Shown: one piece after another, positions 18,826 to 28,232 of the stretch
How positions within the stretch are numbered: the stretch's first letter is position 1
Layout of the letters: each line of letters opens with the position of its first letter
NCBI GenBank assembly: GCA_023457435.1
Contig: JAEWLS010000020.1
Span: 19,932-83,931, forward strand
Origin: Pseudomonadota bacterium
Lineage (GTDB): Bacteria; Pseudomonadota; Alphaproteobacteria; Rhizobiales; Rhizobiaceae
Reading direction: 5' to 3'
DNA: 64,000 nt
Position numbers and translations under genes: made by a program
Notes under the pieces: model-generated
Told to the model about the DNA's origin: nothing
Databases searched by the model: none
What the model saw: the letters and a program-made list of their open reading frames with translations, nothing else

Positions 18826-19842
18826 CTAGCCGCGGTCGACCTCGACCCACGCGGAATCGCCCGCCGCCGAACGGATCACGGCATCGAGCACGCGGGCATT
18901 GCCGAGAGCGTCATCAAGGTCGACGGGCGGCCGGCCGCCGCTCCTGATCGCCTCGGACACGGCCTGGATGTGCAGCCCGTACTGCGGGACAGCATCGAAC
19001 TCGAAGCTCTCGCCTGCGTCCGGGCCGTCCGACAGCACAGCGTGGACCCTGGCCTTCTGGCCGGGCGGTATGTGGATCGGCATCGCCACTGAAAGAGAAC
19101 CGTCGGTGCCGAGGACATTGAAGCCACGCGCGCCGCGCAGACGCGTGGTGACGGTCAGGTCGGCATGGCCGGCCTCGAAGTCGAGACGCATCGACACGGC
19201 TGTGTCGCGCGCGCCATCCTTCCACATGCGCGCGGTCACGCGTCTGGGCTCTGCAGCGAAGGCGGTGCGCGCCATGTGGACCGAGTAACTGCCGAAATCG
19301 AGAAGCGCGCTGCGGTCGAAGGGAAGCTCGCCGCGTGTGGGGTCCGGCGGGGGTGCAGGAAGACGCACGGCGCTGATGCCGTGCACCGCCTCGACGGCGC
19401 CGATGCGGCCGGCGCCGATCGTCTCGGTGACGAACCGCCACTGTGGCTGAACCCGCGTCATGAAGCCTTCTGCGATCACGAGGTCGCGGGCGCGCGGATG
19501 CCCGGCAATGCGTTTCGCGTCGGCGGCACTGAACGCCAGCGGCTTCTCGCACAATACGTGCTTGCCGGCGTCGAGGCAGGCAAGGATGGCATCGGCATGC
19601 GAGGCATGCGGAAGCGCGATGTAGACCGCCTCGACGCCAGGATCGGACAAAAGCGACGCGAGGCCGGCATGCACACCCGCGATGCCATGCTCGGCGGCGA
19701 AGGCGCTTGCGCGGTCGCTCGTACGGGAAGAGACCGCAGCAAACGCGACGCCGGCCAGGCCCTTGGCCTGGCTGACGGTGTTGGCCGAGATGCCGCCGGT
19801 GCCGGCAATGCCCCAGCGCACCGGGTCCTTGTGGGTGCTCAT
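18826..19842 (-). CDS. Gfo/Idh/MocA family oxidoreductase
   Basis: WGIAGTGGIS, GKHVLCEKP, ALLDFGSY. Confidence 0.9.
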   Translation of the reverse strand: MSTHKDPVRWGIAGTGGISANTVSQAKGLAGVAFAAVSSRTSDRASAFAAEHGIAGVHAGLASLLSDPGVEAVYIALPHASHADAILACLDAGKHVLCEKPLAFSAADAKRIAGHPRARDLVIAEGFMTRVQPQWRFVTETIGAGRIGAVEAVHGISAVRLPAPPPDPTRGELPFDRSALLDFGSYSVHMARTAFAAEPRRVTARMWKDGARDTAVSMRLDFEAGHADLTVTTRLRGARGFNVLGTDGSLSVAMPIHIPPGQKARVHAVLSDGPDAGESFEFDAVPQYGLHIQAVSEAIRSGGRPPVDLDDALGNARVLDAVIRSAAGDSAWVEVDRG

Positions 19843-19845
19843 GGC

Positions 19846-20766
19846 TCAGTCGACGAACGGATAGTCGACATAGGCGAAGTGGACGTTGTCCGGCGCCCAG
19901 GAGTTCACATTGAACGTGCCCTGCCCGCCGAAGCAGCTGACCACCACTTTGCTCTCGCCGCCGTCAGCCGGCATCACCCGCAGTTCGATGTCGAGGTCGG
20001 CGGGGTGCGTGACCGTGCCCGGCGCGTAGCTGATGTAGGCCATCCACTTGCCGTCGGGCGAGAAGTGCGGAAACCAGTTCACGCGGTCGTCGAAGGTCAG
20101 CTGCTCGATGGCGCCGCCGCCGACGGCAATGCGGAAGATCTGAGCGTGACCGGGGCGCTTCGCCGCGAATTCCGAGTTGAAGTAGATCCACTTGCCGTCC
20201 GGCGTGTATTCGGGCCCGTCGCTGCGGGCGAGCGTGTTGACGACCCAGCGATCCTCGCCGCCGGCCGCCGGGATAGTCGCGATGTTCAGCCGGCCGCGCG
20301 GCGCGCCGCCATAAGGCTCGACTGCGGTGTACACCAGCGTCTGCGCATCTGGAGAGATGCCGTGAAGATAGTAGAGGTAGCCGGAGTCGGCCGGCTTATT
20401 GTTGGACACCTGCACCGGTTCGCCGCCCTCGAAAGGCAGGCGATAGAGGTGGCCGAGCGAGGAGACGAAGATCTCCTTGTTATCGGGCGACAGCACGTGG
20501 TCGTTGTTGCAGCCCTGAACGCGTCCGGTGTTAATCTCGGTTAGGCCCGACGAACCGTCGGCAGCGAGGCGCCAGAGCTTTCCGCCGCCGTTGATGATCA
20601 GCCACTTCCCGTCGCTGGTCCAGTTCGGCGCCTCGACAAGGGTGTCGAGTTCCATGACGGTGCGGATCGCGCCTGTGTCCTTGTTGACCACCTGGATGCG
20701 CGCGATCTGCCCTTCCTGCAGCTCCTTGCGACCCGGCGTGCGTCCATATTCGCGTTTCGCGGCCAT
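19846..20766 (-). CDS. TolB-like/PD40 beta-propeller protein without signal peptide
   Basis: Repeated SPDG/TPDG blades (EAPNWTSDG, LSPDN, HGISPD, PEYTPDG, PHFSPDG, SWAPD); charged N-terminus. Confidence 0.85.
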   Translation of the reverse strand: MAAKREYGRTPGRKELQEGQIARIQVVNKDTGAIRTVMELDTLVEAPNWTSDGKWLIINGGGKLWRLAADGSSGLTEINTGRVQGCNNDHVLSPDNKEIFVSSLGHLYRLPFEGGEPVQVSNNKPADSGYLYYLHGISPDAQTLVYTAVEPYGGAPRGRLNIATIPAAGGEDRWVVNTLARSDGPEYTPDGKWIYFNSEFAAKRPGHAQIFRIAVGGGAIEQLTFDDRVNWFPHFSPDGKWMAYISYAPGTVTHPADLDIELRVMPADGGESKVVVSCFGGQGTFNVNSWAPDNVHFAYVDYPFVD

Positions 20767-20787
20767 CCGTATTTCCTCCAGTACCGA

Positions 20788-21882
20788 TTAGAGACGCTGA
20801 CCGGTGGCCGCGTCGAACAGCGACAGGCGGCTTCCGGGCACGCCGACGCGGATGGTGCCGCCTTCCTGCAGCCTGGCTTCAGCGTCCGCGCGGATGCTGA
20901 TCTGCTGGCCGCCCTGCGTGACGCACCAGGCGAGCGTGTCGCTGCCGAGCTTCTCGACCATGTCGATCGTGCAGAGTTCGTCGAAGTCGCCGCCGCCGGC
21001 GGCATCGCCGAGCAGGGCGTGTTCTGGGCGGAGGCCCATCTGCACGCGGCGTCCGTCGGCGACGATGCCGCTGCGCAGGCCGTAGCGCGCCAGCGGGACG
21101 TCGCGTTCGCCGGTACGGAACACCGGCTCGCCGGCCGCGCTTTCCAGAGTGCCGTCGAGGAAGTTCATCGCCGGCGATCCGACGAAACCCGCCACGTAGC
21201 GGCTCGCCGGCCTGCCATAGATCTCCTCCGGCGTCCCGAGCTGCTCGATGCTGCCCTTGTTCATCACCGCGATGTGGTCGGCCAGCGTCATCGCCTCGAC
21301 CTGGTCGTGGGTGACGTAGATCGAAGTGCTGCCGAGATGGCGGTGAAGCCGCTTGATCTCGCGGCGCAGCTCGACGCGCAGCTGCGCATCGAGGTTGGAC
21401 AACGGCTCGTCGAACAGGAAGACGCTCGCCTTCCGCACGAGCACCCGGCCGATCGCGACGCGCTGGCGCTGGCCACCGGACAGCTCGGCGGGGCGCCGCT
21501 CGAGCAGCGGCGTGAGCTGCAGGGTCTCGGCCGCGGCGCGCACGCGCTGGTCGATCTCGGCGGCGGGCACGCCCGCTACCTTCAGCCCGAAGGACAGGTT
21601 CTGCCGCACCGACATCTTCGGGTAGAGCGCATAGGACTGAAACACCATGGCGATGCCGCGGTCCCGCGGCTCCGCCCAGGTGACGTTGCGGCCGCCGATC
21701 CACACCTGACCCTTGGTCACGTCTTGAAGGCCGGCAACGGCGTTGAGCAAGGTCGACTTGCCGCAGCCCGACGGTCCGAGCAGGACGAGGAACTGGCCCG
21801 GCTCGACCTTGAGGTCGAGTTCCGCAAGCGCGGTGAAGTTCCCGTAGCGGACCTCTAGCCCGCGCGCTTCGACTTCAGACAT
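20788..21882 (-). CDS. Carbohydrate ABC transporter ATPase (MalK-like)
   Basis: GPSGCGKS, VFQSYALYP, LSGGQRQR, DEPLSNLD; start MSEVEAR. Confidence 0.95.
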   Translation of the reverse strand: MSEVEARGLEVRYGNFTALAELDLKVEPGQFLVLLGPSGCGKSTLLNAVAGLQDVTKGQVWIGGRNVTWAEPRDRGIAMVFQSYALYPKMSVRQNLSFGLKVAGVPAAEIDQRVRAAAETLQLTPLLERRPAELSGGQRQRVAIGRVLVRKASVFLFDEPLSNLDAQLRVELRREIKRLHRHLGSTSIYVTHDQVEAMTLADHIAVMNKGSIEQLGTPEEIYGRPASRYVAGFVGSPAMNFLDGTLESAAGEPVFRTGERDVPLARYGLRSGIVADGRRVQMGLRPEHALLGDAAGGGDFDELCTIDMVEKLGSDTLAWCVTQGGQQISIRADAEARLQEGGTIRVGVPGSRLSLFDAATGQRL

Positions 21883-21887
21883 CGGAG

Positions 21888-22802
21888 CTATCCTTTCACG
21901 GCGCCGGCGGCGATGCCGCGCACGAACCAGCGGCCCGAGACGATGTAGATGAGCAGCGGAACCGCCGCCGTCATCAGCGTGGCCGCCATCTCGACGTTGA
22001 ACTGGCGCTCGCCGGTCTGCGAGCCGATGATGTTGTTGAGCTGGACCGTCATCGGCGCGTTGGCGCGGCCGCCGAAGGTCAGGCCGAGGATGTAGTCGTT
22101 CCACGCGCCGGTGGCCTGCCAGATGATGACCACGATGGTGATCGGCGCCGACATCGGCAGCATGATCGACCAGAAGATGCGCCAGAAGCCGGCGCCGTCG
22201 ACGCGCGCCGCCTTGAAGATCTCGACCGGCAGCGCGGCGTAGAAATTGCGGTACATCAGCGTCACCACCGGCAGGCCGAAGATGACGTGCACGAGGATGA
22301 CGCCGGCGAGCGAGCCGAAGATGCCGAGCGAGGCCCACAGCTTGACCAGCGGATAGAGAACGACCTGCAGCGGCAGGAAGGCGCCCACCATCAGCACCGT
22401 GAAGACGAGGTTGGCTCCCTTGAAGCGCCAGAACGACATGACGTAGCCGTTGACCGCGCCGACGAGGATCGACAGCAGCACCACCGGCACCACGATCTTC
22501 ACCGAGTTGAGGAAGCCGACCTTCACGCCGGAGCAGTCGAGCCCCGTGCAGGCGGTGTTCCAGGCTGCGTCCCACGCCTCAAGCGTCACCGCCTGCGGCG
22601 GCGCCAGCACGTTCGACTGGCGGATGTCGGACATGTCCTTCACCGAGGTCGACACCATCGTGTAGATCGGCAGCAGGAAGAACAGCGTGCAGACGAGCAG
22701 GAAGCCGTAGACCCCGGCGCGGTCGAGCGTGAAGCGGCGCGGCTTCGGCCCGGAATCGGTCGCCGAGGTGCCGGGAATGGCGGCGAGAGCAGCGTCGGTC
22801 AT
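21888..22802 (-). CDS. Carbohydrate ABC permease (MalG/GtsC-like)
   Basis: EAA loop EIFKAARVDGAG, WNDY, FVRGIAAGAVKG. Confidence 0.93.
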   Translation of the reverse strand: MTDAALAAIPGTSATDSGPKPRRFTLDRAGVYGFLLVCTLFFLLPIYTMVSTSVKDMSDIRQSNVLAPPQAVTLEAWDAAWNTACTGLDCSGVKVGFLNSVKIVVPVVLLSILVGAVNGYVMSFWRFKGANLVFTVLMVGAFLPLQVVLYPLVKLWASLGIFGSLAGVILVHVIFGLPVVTLMYRNFYAALPVEIFKAARVDGAGFWRIFWSIMLPMSAPITIVVIIWQATGAWNDYILGLTFGGRANAPMTVQLNNIIGSQTGERQFNVEMAATLMTAAVPLLIYIVSGRWFVRGIAAGAVKG

Positions 22803-22805
22803 GTG

Positions 22806-23690
22806 TCAGCCCTTCTGCAAGGCGGCGAGGCGACGGGCGTGGCGCCTCTGGAGATACCAGAGCGGCGTCGCGGCGGCGAAGAGCGAGATCAGCATGACCA
22901 CCGCGCCGGCGCTGGCGAGGCCGGCGTTCTGGCGCTCGAACAGGTAATCCATGACGAACTTCGCGGGCACTTCGGTGGAGATGCCGGGGCCGCCATTGGT
23001 CATTGCCACGACGAGGTCGTAGTTGCGGATGACGCCGAAGGTGAGCAGCAGCAGCGAGGTCAGCAGCGCCGGGCCGGTCATCGGCAGCACGATCGACCAG
23101 TACGAGCGCCAGCGCGGAATGCCTTCGACGCGCGAAGCCTTCCAGATCTCCTCGTCGATGCCGCGCAGGCCGGCGAGCATGATCGCCATCACCAGGCCGG
23201 CGGAGTGCCAGACCGCGGCGGCGACGATGGTGTAGATCGCCAGGTCGCGGTCGATCAGGAGCTTGAAGTTGAAGGACTCCCAGCCCAGGTCCTGCACGAA
23301 TTTCTGCAAGCCGAGTTGCGGGTTGAGGAACCATTGCCACGCGAATCCCGTGACGATGTAGGAAAGCGCGAACGGGTAGAGGAAGATCGTCCGGAAGATG
23401 CCTTCGCCGCGCAGGCTCTGATCGATGAAGATGGCAAGGAGGATGCCAAGCGCCATCGCGCCGCCGATCAGTCCGGCGCCGAAGATGAACATGTTCTTCA
23501 GCGACATGATCCAGCGCGAGCTGCGGAACAGCGCATAGTACTGGTCGAGGCCGACGAAGCCCCATTCCGGCACGGTACCGGACGGGGTGAACGACAGGGC
23601 GACGGTCCACGCCATGGCGCCGACGAACACGACCGCGACGACCAGCGCGGTGGGCGCGAGCGCTACCTTGGCTGCCAGATACCGCATCAC
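22806..23690 (-). CDS. Carbohydrate ABC permease (MalF/GtsB-like)
   Basis: FVGLDQY, LAGLRGIDEEIWKASRVEG, MTNGGPG. Confidence 0.93.
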   Translation of the reverse strand: MMRYLAAKVALAPTALVVAVVFVGAMAWTVALSFTPSGTVPEWGFVGLDQYYALFRSSRWIMSLKNMFIFGAGLIGGAMALGILLAIFIDQSLRGEGIFRTIFLYPFALSYIVTGFAWQWFLNPQLGLQKFVQDLGWESFNFKLLIDRDLAIYTIVAAAVWHSAGLVMAIMLAGLRGIDEEIWKASRVEGIPRWRSYWSIVLPMTGPALLTSLLLLTFGVIRNYDLVVAMTNGGPGISTEVPAKFVMDYLFERQNAGLASAGAVVMLISLFAAATPLWYLQRRHARRLAALQKG

Positions 23691-23763
23691 CCTCTCCGCC
23701 GTGGATCTTGTGCGAGTGCGGGCTCGGGCCGCCGGATGGCCCGAGACCCGCTGGAGACCCTGC

Positions 23764-24996
23764 TCAGGAGGCTTGCAGGGCCTCGACCAGGCGATCGATC
23801 ACCTCGTCGACTTCCATCTCGGGAGTGGCGAAGAACTCGTTGACCACGTCGCGGTACTCGCCATCCTCCTGCGGTGTGATGAAGGAGCGCGGGTTGCCGG
23901 ACACCGCGCCTTCGGTACGGAAGGTCTCGAGGCCAAGCTTGAGGCAGGCGTCGCCGTTCTTCGGGAACTCGGCGTCGAGACGCACCGGCATGGCGCCGCG
24001 CGGATCGACGTAGAGCGTCTGCATCGCCGGATCGGAAACCACCGAAGCCAGCAGCTTCTGCCCGTTGGTAGCCTCGGTGGCGCCGGGCTGCTTGGGGAAC
24101 ACGAACACGTCGCCGTGGACGTGGGTGACCTTGCCGGGGACGAAGCAGCCGAATTCCTTGTCGGCGGTGAGACCCGCAGCGCGGTACTCGCCGTTGGCCC
24201 ATGAGCCCATGATCTGCACGCCGGCCTTGTCGGTCGAAAGCAGATTGGCGGAGAGGTTCCACGGACGCCCGGTCGCGCCTTCGTCGACATAGTCGCGCAG
24301 GCGGCCGAAGGTTTCCATGATCTTGCGGAATTCGGGGCCGCGCAGCGTATCCTCGTCGCGCTCGATCCACACCTTCTTCCACATCTCGGGACCGCCGAGC
24401 GAGAGCAGCATGCCCTCGAACGGGAAGCGGATATGGAACGGGTCGGCGCTGAAGGCGAGCGGAATGACGCCGTTTTCCTTGAGCTTGTCGAGCGCGGCGA
24501 AGAACTTGTCGTCGAAATCGGTTGGCGCCTCGATACCGAACTGGTCGAACAGCTTCTTGTTGTAGAACACCATGTTCGGCACGTAGAGCGCCGCCGGCAC
24601 GAGATAGATCTTGCCGTCCTCGCCGGAGATCGCATCGACGATCGCCTTCGGCATGTTCTCGCGCCACTTGCCCTCGGTGGCGACGGAGTCGATGTCGATC
24701 AGGTAGCCCTGCTTGATGAAGTCGAGGTGGTCGCGGTTGGTGACCGTGGCATAGGCCTGCGACGGCTGGCCAGCCTGCATGCGCGAGACGTAGACGCGGC
24801 GAGAGTTCGGCGGACCGGCAACGGCGTTGTCGACCCACTTGCCGCCGAGCTCGTTGAACTTGTCGGCAAGAATCTTGAGCGAACTGCTCTCGGTGCCCGA
24901 GGTAAAGTGGTGGACGACTTCGGTGGTTTCCTGCGCCGATGCAGCGCTCGCGAGCATCGAGAACGCCGCCACGCCGGCGAGCAATATCTTCTTCAT
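23764..24996 (-). CDS. Carbohydrate ABC substrate-binding protein (GtsA-like)
   Basis: Sec signal MKKILLAG...ASAQ; EVVHHFTSGTE, GGKWVD, QIMGSWANGE. Confidence 0.9.
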   Translation of the reverse strand: MKKILLAGVAAFSMLASAASAQETTEVVHHFTSGTESSSLKILADKFNELGGKWVDNAVAGPPNSRRVYVSRMQAGQPSQAYATVTNRDHLDFIKQGYLIDIDSVATEGKWRENMPKAIVDAISGEDGKIYLVPAALYVPNMVFYNKKLFDQFGIEAPTDFDDKFFAALDKLKENGVIPLAFSADPFHIRFPFEGMLLSLGGPEMWKKVWIERDEDTLRGPEFRKIMETFGRLRDYVDEGATGRPWNLSANLLSTDKAGVQIMGSWANGEYRAAGLTADKEFGCFVPGKVTHVHGDVFVFPKQPGATEATNGQKLLASVVSDPAMQTLYVDPRGAMPVRLDAEFPKNGDACLKLGLETFRTEGAVSGNPRSFITPQEDGEYRDVVNEFFATPEMEVDEVIDRLVEALQAS

Positions 24997-25089
24997 GGCT
25001 TCCTCCCTGGTTTACCCGACGGCGGGACTGGCCGTGGGGGCGATCGGTCGTAACCCGACCGCGAAGTGCCTCCACCGCGGCCGTACGAA

Positions 25090-25110
25090 TATATTCGTTA
25101 TCCGAATTAA
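25090..25110. promoter_or_regulatory. Putative ROK operator 1
   Basis: ATTCG-N5-CGAAT perfect inverted repeat (25093-25107) with A/T flanks. Confidence 0.6.
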
Positions 25111-25327
25111 AGAAGCGCGCCGACCGCCTTGTCAATGCATGAAATGCGCGTGCAAGTGCTAACTGGCCGGCGCACTGCAGCATGGCGGCGCGGCCCTTAA
25201 CTCTCCTGTGTCCGCATCCTGGGCGGATTTTCGCGGAAAGTCCGTGAGTTAAGTTATGGCGCGGCCCAGGCCGGCATCCGTGCTGCAGGGCAGCGGCAAA
25301 CGCAACTACTCCGTATGCAATTCGATA

Positions 25328-25350
25328 TTTTGTTCGTCTTATGAATTATA
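25328..25350. promoter_or_regulatory. Putative ROK operator 2
   Basis: TTTTGTTCG-TCTTA-TGAATTATA, same spacing as operator 1. Confidence 0.55.
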
Positions 25351-25425
25351 TCTGGATTTGGTGCGCATTCGCGTCTAGCCTTTTCGCGCCCGGGTATCGA
25401 AGCCCGCGCAAGTCGGAGGAATGAG

Positions 25426-25893
25426 ATGTCGCTGCGCTACCTGCACACGCTGATACGCGTGAAGGATCTGGACGAATCGCTGGCCTTCTATCGGGATCAG
25501 CTTGGGATGGTCGAAGTTCGCCGGATGGTGCTCGACGAATTCCGCATGACCAACGTCTTCCTGGCGGCGCCCCACGATGTCGAGGCCGCGAGTTCGACCA
25601 AGTTCGCGCCGACGCTCGAACTCGCCTGGTACTGGGACCAGGAAGCACGCGACTATTTCACCAGCGAGAAGAAGCGCTTCGGCCACCTCGCCTACCGCGT
25701 CGACGACATCTACGCATTCTGCCAGAAGGTGCTCGACCTCGGCCTGACGCTAAACCTGCCGCCGCGCAACGGCATGATCGCCATCTTCACGACGCCGGAC
25801 GGAACAGAGATCGAGGTGGTCCAGGAAGGCGGTCCGCGCGAGAAGATGGAGCCGTGGCTCTCCATGCAGAACACCGGCGACCGCGCGGCCTGA
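25426..25893 (+). CDS. VOC/glyoxalase I-like protein (paralogue 3)
   Basis: RYLHTLIRVKDL, TLEL, FGHLAYRVDDIY, PPRNG, IEVVQ. Confidence 0.9.
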   Translation: MSLRYLHTLIRVKDLDESLAFYRDQLGMVEVRRMVLDEFRMTNVFLAAPHDVEAASSTKFAPTLELAWYWDQEARDYFTSEKKRFGHLAYRVDDIYAFCQKVLDLGLTLNLPPRNGMIAIFTTPDGTEIEVVQEGGPREKMEPWLSMQNTGDRAA

Positions 25894-25909
25894 GAACGGA
25901 CCTGCACAC

Positions 25910-26944
25910 ATGGCAGCGATGCTTTCCCCTCTCCGCCTCGGCGTGCTCGGTACCGGGACAGCGGCTGGCCTGACCCTCGGCCAACTGGCCGGCAGCGAAC
26001 TCGTGTCGGTCGAGGCCATAGCTGGCCGCAGCGAGGCGAGTTCGCAGGCCGCGGCGCAGAAGTTCGGTATCAGGCGCGCGGCGGCCGGCCTGGAGGCGTT
26101 GATCGCCGACCCGAAGATCGAAGCCGTCTATATCGCGCTGCCGATAGCCTCCCACGCGCAGTGGTCAATCGCGGCCCTGGCGGCCGGAAAGCACGTACTG
26201 GTCGAAAAGCCGGCAACGGCAACGGCGGCCGAACTTGCCGAGGTCGATATCGAGCGGCGGCGCTCGGGGCTGGTGTTCATGGAAGGGATGATGGTCCGCC
26301 ACCATCCGCAATGGCATACGGTGGCCGATCTCATTCGCGATGGCGCAATCGGCAAGGTCCGGTCGGTCCAGGGCATGCTCACGCGCGTGCCGCCCGGCGC
26401 CGACGACCCGAAGCAGGCATTCAACCGGCGCGATCTCGGCTGGAGCGTCGTACTCGACAGTGGCTGCTACATGGCCCACCTGTCGCGCTTCGTATTCGGC
26501 AGCGAGCCGCTGCGGGCCAGCGCACTCGGCGAGGTGGACGGCCGCTTTGGAACGCTTGCTTCGGCAACCGCGCTGATGCAATTCCCCGAGGGAACCGCGA
26601 GTTTCACAATCTCCACGAAAATGCGCCGCATGCAGCGTTTCAGCATCGTCGGATCGGAAGGCCGCATCGAAGTCATGCTGCCGGTGATGCCCGTTGGCGG
26701 TCCGGCCGTCGTCGCTGTCGACTCGCGCGACGTGACACCGCCGGCGCCGCCGCGCGAACTGATCTTCGACGGCGCACCGCAGTTCAGGCTGCAGATGGAG
26801 GCGTTCGCCCGTGCGGTGCGCGGCGTGGAGCCGCCGGCAGTGCGGCTGGCGGACGCAATGGGCAACATGTTGGCGCTGGACGCCGTCGCGCGCTCCATCG
26901 AGCAGGACGGCGCGTGGGTCAGGGTCGAGGCCGGGGCGGCATGA
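25910..26944 (+). CDS. Gfo/Idh/MocA family oxidoreductase
   Basis: LGVLGTG, GKHVLVEKP, VLDSGCY. Confidence 0.9.
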   Translation: MAAMLSPLRLGVLGTGTAAGLTLGQLAGSELVSVEAIAGRSEASSQAAAQKFGIRRAAAGLEALIADPKIEAVYIALPIASHAQWSIAALAAGKHVLVEKPATATAAELAEVDIERRRSGLVFMEGMMVRHHPQWHTVADLIRDGAIGKVRSVQGMLTRVPPGADDPKQAFNRRDLGWSVVLDSGCYMAHLSRFVFGSEPLRASALGEVDGRFGTLASATALMQFPEGTASFTISTKMRRMQRFSIVGSEGRIEVMLPVMPVGGPAVVAVDSRDVTPPAPPRELIFDGAPQFRLQMEAFARAVRGVEPPAVRLADAMGNMLALDAVARSIEQDGAWVRVEAGAA

Positions 26945-28224
26945 ACGCCCCGGCGGCCAGGCGCAAGGCGGCTAGCCTTCCCGCAAACGGCGCGGCCGCC
27001 TCGCTCGGCTTCAATACCGGGCTCGTCCTCGATACCATGCTTCGGCACGGTCCGATCTCGCGCGTCGAGCTTGCCGGGCGCACCGGCCTCGGCCGATCGA
27101 CCGTGACCGAGATCACCGGACGTCTGCTGCGCGACGGACAGCTGCATTTCCACGAGACCTCGACGGCCAGCGAGAAGTCCGGACGCGGCCGCCCTCGGGT
27201 CCTTCTCAGCATCAATCCGCGCGCGGCCTACGCCGTCGGCGTGCGCATCGGTGTCACCCAGATCACCGTCTCCGTCACCGATTTCGTCTGCGAGGTGCTC
27301 GGCACCACGAAGATCCCGTTTCGTTCGAGCCGGCAGCCACCCGCCGTCGTCGCGGATGTGGTCGAGGACGCGGTGCGCAGCGCCGTTGCCTCCTGCGGCC
27401 TGACGATGGACCAGATCGGCGCTGTCTGTGCCGGCGTGCCGGGCATCGTCGACGCGGCGACGGGCATCTGCCACTGGAGCCCGGCCTTCTCGAAGCTGCC
27501 GGTGCGCTTCGGAGACCTGCTCGAAAAGCGTCTCGGCATCGACTGCACGATCGAGAGCCACACCGTGCCACTCGCCGCCTACGAGCGGCTGTTCGGCCGC
27601 GCCCAGGACACAAAGTCCTGCGTGGTGCTGACGATCGGCTACGGCGTCGGCATGTGTCTGGTTCTCGATGGCGCCGTCTATCGCGGCGCGCACGGCTTTG
27701 CCACCGAGTTCGGCCACACGAAGGCTGTCGAGGGCGGACCGCTCTGCGAATGCGGAAGCCGCGGCTGTCTCGAATCCTTCGCCGGGCAGCGCGGCATCCT
27801 GCTCGCGGCGGCAGAGCTGCCGGAAAAGCCGTTCGGCAGTGGACTGCCGACGGACGATCCTGTGCTGCGCGAGCAGCAGGTCGAAGAGCTTGCGACCCGC
27901 GCGCGCGCCGGCGACGCCGCCATTCTCGGCATCTTTCAGCGCGCCGGCCAGCAGATCGGGCGTTCGCTTGCCAACCTTGTCTCAGTCATCGACCCGGAGC
28001 GCATCATCTTCGCCGGGCCGACGATGAATACGTCCGACCTCTGGTTCGACGTCATGCGCGAGGCGCTGTTCGGCGGGACGCGCCAGCCCGTCGCAGACAG
28101 CGTTGAGCTGGTCTACGACCGCATCGCCGACGACAGCTGGGCGCGCGGGGCGGCAGCTCTCGTGCTGCACAAACTCTATCGCGCGGGACAAAGCCGCGCG
28201 CGCCGGACCCGCCGCGCGGGCTGA
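26941..28224 (+). CDS. ROK family transcriptional repressor
   Basis: HTH ISRVELAGRTGLGRSTV, GRGRP, GYGVG, EFGH..CECGSRGCLE; ATG overlaps the upstream stop. Confidence 0.93.
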   Translation: MNAPAARRKAASLPANGAAASLGFNTGLVLDTMLRHGPISRVELAGRTGLGRSTVTEITGRLLRDGQLHFHETSTASEKSGRGRPRVLLSINPRAAYAVGVRIGVTQITVSVTDFVCEVLGTTKIPFRSSRQPPAVVADVVEDAVRSAVASCGLTMDQIGAVCAGVPGIVDAATGICHWSPAFSKLPVRFGDLLEKRLGIDCTIESHTVPLAAYERLFGRAQDTKSCVVLTIGYGVGMCLVLDGAVYRGAHGFATEFGHTKAVEGGPLCECGSRGCLESFAGQRGILLAAAELPEKPFGSGLPTDDPVLREQQVEELATRARAGDAAILGIFQRAGQQIGRSLANLVSVIDPERIIFAGPTMNTSDLWFDVMREALFGGTRQPVADSVELVYDRIADDSWARGAAALVLHKLYRAGQSRARRTRRAG

Positions 28225-28232
28225 GCCGAGCT

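Noticed and set aside
19846..20766. True tolB
   Set aside because: No signal peptide, no TolB N-terminal domain and no tolQRA/pal context
26161..28224. 687-aa apparent ROK fusion
   Set aside because: The upstream part is an off-frame shadow of the Gfo gene; ROK starts at 26941
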